Program-made: the position numbers and the translations under genes
Source of the DNA: Acidobacteriota bacterium
Lineage (GTDB): Bacteria; Acidobacteriota; UBA6911; RPQK01; CBDAPI01
Assembly: GCA_965214465.1 (NCBI GenBank)
Contig: CBDCBX010000009.1
Span: 2,700-66,699, forward strand
Reading direction: 5' to 3'
Length of the DNA stretch: 64,000 nucleotides
Notes under the pieces: model-generated
What the model was told of the DNA's origin: nothing
What the model saw: the letters and a program-made list of their open reading frames with translations, nothing else
Database searches by the model: none
Shown: in pieces, positions 26,769-36,086 of the stretch
Layout: every line of letters begins with the position of its first letter
Numbering within the stretch: the stretch's first letter is position 1

Positions 26769-29735
26769 CTACTCGCGAGATCCTGGAATCACGGTTAGAT
26801 CCATTTTCACGCCGTCACGTAACACGACCATCACTGCCTTCTCACCAATCTTGAGCGCGTCAATGGCGTAGGTATAGTCGTAGATGTTCTCGATCGTCCG
26901 ACCGGCCAGTTCGACGATCACGTCGCCGGTCCTGGCCCCGGCTTTGTCTGCCGGTCCGCTCTTGGTCACGCCCGAAAGTTTGACTCCCTTGATGTCCCCC
27001 TGCACGTAGTCGGGAATCGTCCCCAGATAAACCCGCATTCCTCGAGTCGCCGCCTCGTCATCGGGCCTCTTCTGCTCAATGTAGTCGAGAGTCTCGACGC
27101 TGGAAGCAAGAGAGCCGGCAATCAAGGCGATGAGCCTTGAGATCTTCTCCACTCCCTCGTAATTGATCTTGTCCGCTGTGTCTCGAGGAGAGTGGTAGTC
27201 CTCATGGGATCCCGTGAAGGCACTGAGAACCGGAACTCCGGCCAGAAAGAAGGACGTCGCATCGGTTGGGAGGTAGCTGTCGTCACTGGTCGTAATCGGC
27301 AGCCCGGCGACAACATTCCTTTGCTCGATCTCCCTTTTCCACACCGAACTCGAACCCACACCCTGAAGGGCAACGTGTTCGCGCAGCCTTCCGATCATGT
27401 CCAGGTTGAGATACGCACTGACCTTGTCCTCGAGGGGTCGAGAGCGGGGTGTCTCTCCCTCGCCGGAAAGCCAGGCGACGAAGGCCTGCGAGCCGAGGAT
27501 GCCCAGTTCTTCGCCGGACCAGGCCGCGAAAAGCACGTCTCGCTGTTGTTTCAGTTGCCCCCCGGCTTGCTGATCGGCCAGGTATTGCGCAACTTCCAGC
27601 ATTCCGGCAGTGCCGGAGGCGTTGTCGTCAGCCCCATAGTGAATCAGACCCTGTTCATCCCGGCGGGCCAGTGAATTACCACCCAGACCCTTTCCGAGGT
27701 GATCCATGTGAGCGCCAATGATCACAGCCCCACCGGGAGCCTTTTCGCCCCGGACGGGAAGCCGGGCGATCACATTTCGACCCCATCTCTTTTCCTGGAC
27801 AATGTCCACTTCAGCTTCCAGAGATAACTCCGGAATTACAAAACCCATCATCTGCCCGCCGGAGTCGAGTTGATCCTGGAGCGACTTCAGGTTGCGATCT
27901 AGTGTTCCCAGAATTCTCTCCGCTGCCGAATCGCTCAAGGAGATCGTGGTAACTCCCGAGGCTGCGAGAGAGGCATCCGTTCCCAGACGAACCAGTTGTT
28001 CATTCACCCTGGCGTTGGGTCCGCTCACGATCAGAAGGCCTCTCGCTCCCCGATCCCGAGCCACCATCGCCTTGTAGCGCAGGCTGGCATGTCGAGATAA
28101 GTGCTGCCGACGAGCCGGGCTCACCTGCTCCGGAAGATAGCGAAACACCAGGACCCACTTGTCCTCAACAGCAAGATGGGCATAGGAATCGTATTCCTCC
28201 TGATCTTCTCCAGCAGGGGCGACGATTCCATACCCGGCAAACACTAGTGGAGAAGACGAGACCGAACCGGTTCTGGAGAAAGCCAGGGGGCGCCATTCAT
28301 CGTTCATTTTGAACTCTGTTCCCGAGCCGTCAGCCAATCGATTGCTCTCTCCCAGCCGGACGCCCGCGGTAAACTCAAAGGACTGGAAGTAAGAACCGTC
28401 CTCTCCGGCGGGCTCCAGGCCCAGGTAGGCGAAATAGTCGGCAATATAGCGCCCTGCCTGGCTGGCGCCCGGAGAGCCGGTCAAGCGACCCTCCAGTTCG
28501 TCGGAGGCGAGGTACTCAACATGGACCCGTGCATCTCGCGCCCTGATCCGACCGCTGGTTTCCTCGATTGCCGGGGTTGGGCCCGCAGGGGCGGCCGAAC
28601 TTTCGGAGTCTTGGTTGCGGGACAGAAGGTCCAGAGCCTTCTGGTGATCCCAGTCGGAAAAGAACACCTGTGAGCCCTTCTGGGAAGTTCGGCTGCTGGT
28701 CCAGGCCAGTCGCCGGCCATCCGGGAAAAATACCGGCAGTCCGTCAAAGCCTTCGGTTTGGGTCACCCGAACCGGTTCCTGACGGCCTTCCCGATCGACC
28801 AGATAGAGCTCGAAATTCGAGAAGCCGTGCAGATTGGTTGTGAAGATCAGGTACTTTCCGGAGGGATGAAAGAAGGGCGCCCACGACATGGCCCCGAGGC
28901 GGGTCAGCTTGCGCTCAGCAGAACCATCCGTCTGGATGGTATAGATCTCGGCCCGGGTCCCATCCTCGGAGAAACGCCGGAAGCAGATCTCCCGCCCGTC
29001 GGAGGAGAAAAAAGGGCCTCCGTCATATCCAGGAGCGTCGGTCAAGCGCCTCAGCTCGGTCCCGTCGGTTCTCATCAAATACAAGTCGAGCATGTACGCC
29101 TTGTCCACCTTGAACAGCTCCTGCTGTCGCGGAGTCAAAGCTTCCGTGTAGGCATCGCGGTTAGAAGAGAAGACGATCCATTCGCCGTCGGGAGAAATCG
29201 AACCCTCTGCGTCATACCCTTTCGCTCGAGTAAGGCGCTGGTAAGTCGACCCGTCGGCGCTGGCCAGGTAAAGCTCGAAATTCTCGTCATAGTCCCACTG
29301 ATAACGGCGCGACTCGCCCGAGGCCCGGAACTCGAGTTCCGCCTCCTGCTTCTGTCGCGCTTCGGGATCGTCGTGAGTAGACGCGAAGAGGATCCGTCCG
29401 TCTGGGTGAATCCAGGCACAAGTCGTCTTCCCGACCCCGGGAGAGACTCGGCGAGTGTCTCCCGTCTCCAGATCCATCAGAAAAATCTGATAGAAGGGGT
29501 TCCCGACCTCCCGCTCGCTCTGGAACACCATCCGCTTTCCTTGCGGTGAGAAGTAACTTTCTCCCGCCCGTTTACCTTCAAAAGTGACCTGTCGAATATT
29601 GCGGAGCAGTATTTCCCCGGGTGAATCGGTCGGGCTCTGTGCAGCCGGGGCAGTGCCAAACAGGCAGCCCAACAGGAGCATGAGTGTGCATCGTGACGTG
29701 GTTCCCATGTGCGTGTGTTTCTTCCTCTGGCTCAA
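26769..29735 (-). CDS. Secreted multidomain peptidase: TolB-like (PD40) beta-propeller + M28 Zn-peptidase + C-terminal PDZ
   Basis: 988 aa. Signal peptide. Repeated DG-type propeller blades (..HPDGRILFAS.., ..SPDGEWIVFSS.., ..SSDGREICF.., ..HPSGKYLIFTT.., ..FPDGRRLAWTSS..). M28 motifs (..IIGAHMDHLG.., ..YGADDNASGTAGMLE.., ..SGEELGILGS..). PDZ at the C-terminus (..GDVIVELAGRTIENIYD..). Confidence 0.8.
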   Translation of the reverse strand: MSQRKKHTHMGTTSRCTLMLLLGCLFGTAPAAQSPTDSPGEILLRNIRQVTFEGKRAGESYFSPQGKRMVFQSEREVGNPFYQIFLMDLETGDTRRVSPGVGKTTCAWIHPDGRILFASTHDDPEARQKQEAELEFRASGESRRYQWDYDENFELYLASADGSTYQRLTRAKGYDAEGSISPDGEWIVFSSNRDAYTEALTPRQQELFKVDKAYMLDLYLMRTDGTELRRLTDAPGYDGGPFFSSDGREICFRRFSEDGTRAEIYTIQTDGSAERKLTRLGAMSWAPFFHPSGKYLIFTTNLHGFSNFELYLVDREGRQEPVRVTQTEGFDGLPVFFPDGRRLAWTSSRTSQKGSQVFFSDWDHQKALDLLSRNQDSESSAAPAGPTPAIEETSGRIRARDARVHVEYLASDELEGRLTGSPGASQAGRYIADYFAYLGLEPAGEDGSYFQSFEFTAGVRLGESNRLADGSGTEFKMNDEWRPLAFSRTGSVSSSPLVFAGYGIVAPAGEDQEEYDSYAHLAVEDKWVLVFRYLPEQVSPARRQHLSRHASLRYKAMVARDRGARGLLIVSGPNARVNEQLVRLGTDASLAASGVTTISLSDSAAERILGTLDRNLKSLQDQLDSGGQMMGFVIPELSLEAEVDIVQEKRWGRNVIARLPVRGEKAPGGAVIIGAHMDHLGKGLGGNSLARRDEQGLIHYGADDNASGTAGMLEVAQYLADQQAGGQLKQQRDVLFAAWSGEELGILGSQAFVAWLSGEGETPRSRPLEDKVSAYLNLDMIGRLREHVALQGVGSSSVWKREIEQRNVVAGLPITTSDDSYLPTDATSFFLAGVPVLSAFTGSHEDYHSPRDTADKINYEGVEKISRLIALIAGSLASSVETLDYIEQKRPDDEAATRGMRVYLGTIPDYVQGDIKGVKLSGVTKSGPADKAGARTGDVIVELAGRTIENIYDYTYAIDALKIGEKAVMVVLRDGVKMDLTVIPGSRE

Positions 29736-29800
29736 AAAGACTCATTCTACCCAAGTCACCTGGGACTCGGAAGACAAGAGACGGTAGAGGCCCCACAACT

Positions 29801-29868
29801 TGCAAGAGAGCGGGACGGGCCTTGGGGCGGCGCGACGTTTAAATTCCCGAGCGCCGTCCGCGAGGTCG
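29801..29868. repeat. Family-A repeat, copy A2, interrupted by intron copy 2 (3' portion here; its 5' arm AAGAGTGGGAGGGG abuts the intron at 31786-31800)
   Basis: ...GGCGCGACGTTTAAATTCCCGAGCGCC... shares the family-A loop. On the minus strand the 5' exon ends ...GGAAAGAGTGGGAGGGG, which is the family-A left arm. Confidence 0.6.
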
Positions 29869-31797
29869 AGTTCCGGTAGGGATGCCAGTTGCCTGGCACC
29901 CCCCGGACAGATCCGTACGTGAAGACATAACTTCATACGGCTCCTACCTCGGGTCGAACGCCAAAACGCACGAAGGGTGGAGGATGTAGGATACGGACAC
30001 TGGGGATCCACCGCTTGACATACCGGTTGAACCGCGGCCACGGCATGTTCGCTTTCTGGCTCCGACGCCGCAAGGCGTGGCACCAGCCGCGACACACCGC
30101 GCTGCGGAAGGCGTTCAGGGCGTCACTGTTGCCCGGGACCGCATGGTAGTTGAAATAACCCTGGACGACGGACCGGTGCCACTTCCCCTGTTCGGGGAGC
30201 GAATCGTGCCGTCGGCGCAGCTGTTGTGCGCGGATCTGCTTCAACTTGCGTCTCAGACGTTTCCCTTCGGTCTTCCGCCGGATCGTAAACCCGCCTTTTC
30301 GACCTTGCGCACAGATATGGCGAAAGCCCAGGAAGGTAAAGGTATCCGGTCTGGTCTGCCCCCGGCGGCGACGATTCTTGCTCGCCCAACGGCCGAACTC
30401 AATCAACCGCGTCTTTTCCGGGTGCAGTTGCAGGCCGAACTGCGACAGCCGTACCGCCAGCTCCCGGCGGTACTGTTCGGCCTCCTCGCGATGCTGGAAT
30501 CCCAGCACGAAGTCGTCGGCGTAGCGGACGATGATGACCGCCCCTTTCGCCTTACGTCCTCGCCACTGGTGGGTCCACAGATCCAGTACATAGTGCAGGT
30601 AGATGTTTGCCAGCAGGGGCGAAATTACCGCCCCCTGTGGCGTTCCCACCGTGCTCCTGGACCATTGACCCGCTTCGGAGACTCCCGCTCTGAGCCACTT
30701 GCGGATCAGTCGCAGAACCCTCCGGTCCCCGATCCGGTGCTGGAGAAACTTCAGCATCCATTCGTGGTCGATGGCGTCGAAAAACCCACTAATGTCAGCG
30801 TCCAGCACCCAATTCACCGGCCGATTGGTAATCCCCATCCACAGCGCATCCAATGCTCGATGCTGACTGCGTCCGGGGCGGAACCCGTAACTGAAGCCCA
30901 TAAACTCTTCCTCGTAGATCTGCTCCAGTACCGTAACTACGGCCTGTTGCGCGATCTTGTCCTCCAGGGCCGATATGCCCAGTGGACGCAGCCTGCCATC
31001 CTCCTTTCGGAGGTAGACCCGCCTCGAGGGGTGGGCTCGATAGGTCCCGTCATGGATTCGGGTATGCAGAACGAGCAGTCGCTCCCGCAACCCTTCTCCA
31101 TATGCTTGCCACGTCATTCCGTCCACCCCTGCAGCAGCCTTCCGCTTCAAGGCGAAATAGCTCTGCTTCAGCAGTTCCGGTGTCACGTGGTGCAGCAACG
31201 CGGTGAACCGCATCTTCCTATCCCGGCGTGCGGCCTGCCCTACACCAGCCAGTCGATCGTCACACCTTTCCGGCTCCGTGTCCGGGGCGTGGCCGCCTTC
31301 ACTGGTGCTTCCCTTGGCCGGACTCCTTCCCTCCACAAACTCCGCCGACTCTTCGTCTTTGTTCGCTCGCTTCATCAGTACTATGAGTCCGTCCGACTCC
31401 CCAGGGCCGTATATGTCCGGCATTACGGCTTACCTTCGCCGGCCTGTCCGCCTGCCATCCAGACGGACTACCCTGGGGTCTCTCGGTTCTCGTCCATGGA
31501 GCGTCCACGCTTGCACGGGGTCTCTGACTCCGCCAGGCCCTGCTGCGACTCGCCTTTTACGCCGCAGCCGGTTTCGCCACCCCCTTGGGGCCATAAAAGC
31601 AGCACCTGGAACTCGTTTCTTTCGAAGCTCAATAGCCCGGCTCACGCTTCCCCTGTCAACGCTTCACCAGCCTCTTGCGAGGTATCGATGCATGACTCGG
31701 GGTCGGGGTGGTTGGCTACACCTTTCCCCGTACGGCTCTTTCATCCGCTACTCCATGTCGGTTTATCCCGACGCTTTCGGCCCCTCCCACTCTTTCC
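29869..31797 (-). mobile_element. Group II intron, copy 2
   Basis: ~99.7% identical to 4718-6648: a handful of substitutions plus an 11-bp tandem duplication present only in copy 1 at ~6347-6357. Inserted ~25 nt downstream of the pdxH stop, upstream of the 988-aa peptidase gene, all on the minus strand. Confidence 0.85.
29933..31423 (-). CDS. Group II intron-encoded reverse transcriptase/maturase (copy 2)
   Basis: 496 aa. Differs from copy 1 at two residues (W vs R in ..LDL[W/R]THQWRG.., M vs I in ..AN[M/I]PWPRF..). Confidence 0.9.
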   Translation of the reverse strand: MPDIYGPGESDGLIVLMKRANKDEESAEFVEGRSPAKGSTSEGGHAPDTEPERCDDRLAGVGQAARRDRKMRFTALLHHVTPELLKQSYFALKRKAAAGVDGMTWQAYGEGLRERLLVLHTRIHDGTYRAHPSRRVYLRKEDGRLRPLGISALEDKIAQQAVVTVLEQIYEEEFMGFSYGFRPGRSQHRALDALWMGITNRPVNWVLDADISGFFDAIDHEWMLKFLQHRIGDRRVLRLIRKWLRAGVSEAGQWSRSTVGTPQGAVISPLLANIYLHYVLDLWTHQWRGRKAKGAVIIVRYADDFVLGFQHREEAEQYRRELAVRLSQFGLQLHPEKTRLIEFGRWASKNRRRRGQTRPDTFTFLGFRHICAQGRKGGFTIRRKTEGKRLRRKLKQIRAQQLRRRHDSLPEQGKWHRSVVQGYFNYHAVPGNSDALNAFRSAVCRGWCHALRRRSQKANMPWPRFNRYVKRWIPSVRILHPPPFVRFGVRPEVGAV

Positions 31798-31821
31798 TGG
31801 AATCTTGGAGTCTGGAATTCT

Positions 31822-32472
31822 TCAGGGAGCCAGCCGATTCGTCTTCCAGGAACCGTCATCCTGGCGGGTATAGAGGATACGATCGTGCAGTCTGTTGGCG
31901 CGGCCTTTCCAGAATTCGATGGCGGTTGGGTTCAGACGAAAACCTCCCCAGGTGGCAGGCCGGTCGGGGCTCCTCCCGTCCAGTTCTTCTTGCAGCTTGC
32001 GATAGGCTTCCTCGAGCCATTCCCGGCTTTCGACAACAGCGCTCTGGGGCGAGATAGAACCGGCGATCTGGCTGCCACGGGGGCGACGGCCAAAGTAATC
32101 GTCAGAGTCCGGGGCCGACACCCGCTTGACCCTGCCCTCCACCCGCACTTGCTGCTCCAGATGAGGCCAGTAGAAAACAAGCGCGGCAAACGGGTTGGTT
32201 TCCAGTTCTCGTGCTTTGCGACTCTCGTAGTTCGTGAAGAAGACGAACCCCTGCTGATCGGCCTGTTTGAGCAGCACGACTCTTGCCGAGGGGCGAGCTT
32301 TCGCATCGGCTGTTGCCAGGGTCATGGAGACGGCGTCCAGGGGATCCTTTTGGGCGGCTTCCTGCAGCCAGCGATCAAACAAGAGAATCGGATCCTTCTC
32401 CAGGTCGGACCTGCTAAGCTGCTCGCCCAGGTAGTCTCGCTCAGGTGAAGGAAAGAACTCCGTATCAGCCAT
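31822..32472 (-). CDS. pdxH: Pyridoxamine/pyridoxine 5'-phosphate oxidase
   Basis: 216 aa. FMN-binding split-barrel signatures (..RVVLLK.., ..GFVFFTNYESRK.., C-terminal ..WGGFRLNPTAIEFWKGRANRLHDR..). Confidence 0.9.
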   Translation of the reverse strand: MADTEFFPSPERDYLGEQLSRSDLEKDPILLFDRWLQEAAQKDPLDAVSMTLATADAKARPSARVVLLKQADQQGFVFFTNYESRKARELETNPFAALVFYWPHLEQQVRVEGRVKRVSAPDSDDYFGRRPRGSQIAGSISPQSAVVESREWLEEAYRKLQEELDGRSPDRPATWGGFRLNPTAIEFWKGRANRLHDRILYTRQDDGSWKTNRLAP

Positions 32473-32553
32473 CAGAGCGGCAGCATAACACGTCTGCCGC
32501 GCGCTCTTCCAAAGCCCGGGGCGCTGGTCCGCCTTTCCTGCTAGAATCCTGAG

Positions 32554-34383
32554 ATGGCCGAGATCCGGAAGCTGTTTCCCTATGTCAGGCCTTACCTTCC
32601 GCTTCTCTTCGTTGCCCTGGTGCTGGTCACCATCAGCGGTGCTCTGGAGGCATCCATCGTGATGCTCCTGGAGCCTATTTTCAACGCCCTCTCCCAGGCG
32701 GCCTCAACTCCTGACCCGAGCGCCGTGATTCCGCCACCCACCTTTAAATTCTTTCAAGAGTGGTTGGGCCTCGAGGGCGCGAATATCTTGCCTCGCATCG
32801 CTGTCTTCCTGATTTTGTTTTCGCTGCTCAAGGGAGTCTTTCTCTATTGCGCCGAGTACTTAATGGCCTATTCCGGCCAGAATGTGGTGGGCAGGCTCCG
32901 CAAGTCAGTTTATTCCCACCTGCTGGACCAGTCGGTGGCTTTTCTTGCAGGCCGGCCTACCGGTCAGCTCATGGCCCGGATCATCTCCGATACCGAGCGG
33001 CTGCAGGAAGCGGTCAGCCGGACGATTGCCGAATCCGCCAGGCAGGTAGTCTTGCTGGTGGCTTTCCTCGGCCTCGTTTTCTACATCGACTGGAAGCTGT
33101 CCTTGCTGGCCTTCCTGATCGCTCCCGTAGTCCTTGTTTTGACCCTTCAGTTGGGCAAGAGAGTCCGACGCATCAGCTGGGCCAGCCAGGAAAAAATCTC
33201 TGACCTCTCCAGCGCGCTTCAGGAGACGATTACGGGGCAGCGTATCGTGAAGGCATTTGGCATGGAGGACTATGAGAGGAGCAGATTCGAATCCCTGGTT
33301 GATGGACTGATCGGCCTGAATCTCAGACTGGCTCGCACCAGTGCGATGAGTTCCCCGCTCATGGAGTTCCTGGGCTATCTTCTCTTTGCACCGTTTCTCC
33401 TCTATGCCAGTCGGCAGATCGGAGGCGGCGTTTCGGCGGGCGCCTTCGTGGCCTTTGTAGTGGCTCTTTTTAAACTTTACGAGCCCGTCCGCAAGCTTTC
33501 CCGGATGCACCTCCACTTTGAGCAGGCCCTTGCCTGCGCGGGCCGTGTTTTCGAACTACTGGAATCGGACATTGAGATCAAAGAGCCGGTAAACGCCCGA
33601 ACCCTGGGGCCTCTTCGGGAGACCGTCGACTTCCGGGAAGTCTCTTTTCAGTACGGCCAGGCTGACGCGGCACCGGTCCTGAAGAAGATCAATCTCACGA
33701 TTCAGAAAGGCGAGGTCGTGGCCCTGGTGGGAAGAAGTGGCGCCGGGAAAACAACCCTGGCCAGTCTATTGCCCCGCTTTTACGATGTCACGTCTGGGGA
33801 GATTTCATTTGATGGGAACGACATTAGAGAGGTAACCCTTCAATCACTGCGAAAGCAGATTGCGATCGTCACCCAGGAGACCTTGCTCTTCAACGATACG
33901 GTCCGCAACAACATCGCCTACGGAAGGCTGGAAGCCTCGCGGGAAGAAATAGTGGAGGCCGCCAAAGCAGCCTTCATACACGATTTCATCGTCAGCCTGC
34001 CCGAAGACTACCAGACCCTGATCGGAGAGCGGGGGGAGAGGCTGTCAGGTGGACAGAGGCAGCGCGTTGCCGTGGCCCGGGCCATCCTGAAGAAAGCCCC
34101 TGTTCTCATCCTTGACGAGGCCACTTCGGCACTCGACAGTGCGTCGGAGGATTTGGTTCAGCGCGCCCTTCAGAACTTGATGTTGCACTGCACGACGCTG
34201 GTGATCGCCCATCGACTCTCAACCATCATTCGAGCCGACCGGATTATAGTGATGCAGGACGGCCGTATCATGGATGTAGGAGACCACAGCAGCCTGATCA
34301 GCCGTTCAGGCTTGTACCGCCAACTGTATGAAATACAAAGTGGAGGCTTGAAAGCCGTGAGAGAGCCAGGCAACCCCAAATGA
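32554..34383 (+). CDS. ABC transporter, fused permease/ATPase (MsbA-like lipid exporter)
   Basis: 609 aa. Six-TM N-terminal domain. Walker A GRSGAGKTT, ABC signature LSGGQRQRVAVARA, Walker B ILILDEATSALD. Confidence 0.85.
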   Translation: MAEIRKLFPYVRPYLPLLFVALVLVTISGALEASIVMLLEPIFNALSQAASTPDPSAVIPPPTFKFFQEWLGLEGANILPRIAVFLILFSLLKGVFLYCAEYLMAYSGQNVVGRLRKSVYSHLLDQSVAFLAGRPTGQLMARIISDTERLQEAVSRTIAESARQVVLLVAFLGLVFYIDWKLSLLAFLIAPVVLVLTLQLGKRVRRISWASQEKISDLSSALQETITGQRIVKAFGMEDYERSRFESLVDGLIGLNLRLARTSAMSSPLMEFLGYLLFAPFLLYASRQIGGGVSAGAFVAFVVALFKLYEPVRKLSRMHLHFEQALACAGRVFELLESDIEIKEPVNARTLGPLRETVDFREVSFQYGQADAAPVLKKINLTIQKGEVVALVGRSGAGKTTLASLLPRFYDVTSGEISFDGNDIREVTLQSLRKQIAIVTQETLLFNDTVRNNIAYGRLEASREEIVEAAKAAFIHDFIVSLPEDYQTLIGERGERLSGGQRQRVAVARAILKKAPVLILDEATSALDSASEDLVQRALQNLMLHCTTLVIAHRLSTIIRADRIIVMQDGRIMDVGDHSSLISRSGLYRQLYEIQSGGLKAVREPGNPK

Positions 34384-35252
34384 GAAGCATGACGGGATTC
34401 GGTCAATCATCCACATCAGCCGGTACTGCGGAGATCGAGGTCCAGGTGAAGACCGTCAACAGCCGCTACCTCGACCTCAAGGTGCGGTTGCCTCGTGAGT
34501 TGCTCTCAATGGAGCCTGACTTGAAGAAGCAGACACGAAGCCTCCTGCATCGAGGCCGAGTTGACCTCTGGGTGGAGGTTCGTGGGCAGGAAACCGGCCT
34601 GGCCCGGGTAAACCCGGCCCAGGTAGAAGCCTATCTGAGAGCGGCACAGGAGCTTTCAGACCTGGGCGTGCCTGGCCACATCGATCTCAGCACGCTGCTG
34701 AACCTGCCGGATGTTCTCGACAGCCGCAGCAACATCGACAGTCAGTTGGAGATGGTCGCCGGCGGGGTCGAGCAGTGTCTGCAGGAAGCGCTCGAGCAGG
34801 TGGATCGACACCGCCAGGCAGAAGGCCAGGCATTGAAGGACGATCTGCGGGATCGGCTCAGTACCCTGGGTGGGCTGACGGACCAGATCGAGGAGCAGGC
34901 GGAGGGTATCGCCGAATTCCAGAGACAGCGCCTTCGGGACAAACTCAACTCCCTCGAAGACTTGCCTGAGGTGGATGCCACTCGACTGGCCCAGGAAGTT
35001 GCCTTCTATGCCGACAGAGCCGATATCAGTGAAGAGATCACACGGCTTCGATCACACCTGCTTCGCTTCGGGGAACTTCTGGATGCGGACCAGTCCGTGA
35101 TTGGAAAGAACCTCGACTTCTTATGCCAGGAACTGAACCGTGAGATGAATACGGTACTCTCAAAGGCCGGTCGAATTGAAATCTCGGAGGTTGCGGTGGC
35201 CGGAAAAACGGAGATCGAAAGAATTCGCGAACAGGTGCAGAATGTCGAATAG
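34380..35252 (+). CDS. yicC: YicC-family stress-induced protein (YicC_N + DUF1732)
   Basis: 290 aa beginning MRSMTGFGQ... Conserved position upstream of gmk. Confidence 0.8.
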   Translation: MRSMTGFGQSSTSAGTAEIEVQVKTVNSRYLDLKVRLPRELLSMEPDLKKQTRSLLHRGRVDLWVEVRGQETGLARVNPAQVEAYLRAAQELSDLGVPGHIDLSTLLNLPDVLDSRSNIDSQLEMVAGGVEQCLQEALEQVDRHRQAEGQALKDDLRDRLSTLGGLTDQIEEQAEGIAEFQRQRLRDKLNSLEDLPEVDATRLAQEVAFYADRADISEEITRLRSHLLRFGELLDADQSVIGKNLDFLCQELNREMNTVLSKAGRIEISEVAVAGKTEIERIREQVQNVE

Positions 35253-35880
35253 AGGAGATTTGTTCATCGTCAGCGCACCCTCCGGGTCGGGAAAGACCAG
35301 CGTTGCAAGCTCAACTCTCTCCCAGGTGGAGGGTCTTTGCTTTTCGGTCAGTTACACCACCAGGGCTCCTCGCCTGGGAGAAAGAGAAGGAGTCGACTAC
35401 TGCTTCGTTTCAACGGATCAGTTCCAGGAGATGAAATCGACAGATCAACTCCTGGAATGGGCCTGTGTCTATGGCCATTACTACGGCACCGGTCGGGAGT
35501 TTGTGGAACAAAAACGCGACAGTGGCTGGGATGTTCTCCTGGACATCGACGTTCAGGGAGCCCGGACGGTGAAGAAAGCCATCCCCGAAAGCCATCTGGT
35601 TTTTCTCTTCCCTCCCTCGTTCAAGACACTGGAGCAACGGCTGAGATCGAGGGGGCTGGATGACGAAAAAGTGATCCGATCCAGGCTCGAGGTAGCCCGT
35701 ACTGAGATCGTTGCCTACAACGAGTATGACTACCTGATTCTAAATGAGGATATCGAACAAGCCGTTTCTGAGTTAAAATCAATCGTTTGGGCCGGCCGCT
35801 GCCGACGCGAGAGAAGGCACGGACTGGCGAAGAAGATACTGGCCAGCTTTCAAGAAGCTTCAGCAGAGGATAGAAGATGA
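35242..35880 (+). CDS. gmk: Guanylate kinase
   Basis: P-loop SAPSGSGKTS. GMP-binding ..SVSYTTRAPR.GE..G.DY.FVS... The start is taken at the in-frame ATG (MSNRGDLFIV) rather than the upstream TTG at 35176. The printed sequence appears to drop one base near the EcoRI-like site at ~35221, but ORF-track coordinates stay consistent. Confidence 0.9.
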   Translation: MSNRGDLFIVSAPSGSGKTSVASSTLSQVEGLCFSVSYTTRAPRLGEREGVDYCFVSTDQFQEMKSTDQLLEWACVYGHYYGTGREFVEQKRDSGWDVLLDIDVQGARTVKKAIPESHLVFLFPPSFKTLEQRLRSRGLDDEKVIRSRLEVARTEIVAYNEYDYLILNEDIEQAVSELKSIVWAGRCRRERRHGLAKKILASFQEASAEDRR

Positions 35881-36083
35881 TCATCACGATTCCCAAAGAA
35901 TATGACAGTAAGTTTCGTTTCGTCCTGGTGGCCGCTGCCCGCGCCAAACAGATCCAGAGCGGGGCCCCCACCAAACTCGATCTGACGTCGGGGAAGCCAG
36001 CCTACCTGGCGATCCTGGAAGCGGAACAGAATCTGATCGAATTCAAAATCATCCCCATTGAGCCTGAGGGATCCACCGATTGA
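35877..36083 (+). CDS. rpoZ: DNA-directed RNA polymerase subunit omega
   Basis: 68 aa, ..RFVLVAAARAKQIQ.. conserved omega core. Immediately after gmk, as in many bacteria. Confidence 0.85.
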   Translation: MIITIPKEYDSKFRFVLVAAARAKQIQSGAPTKLDLTSGKPAYLAILEAEQNLIEFKIIPIEPEGSTD

Positions 36084-36086
36084 GCC

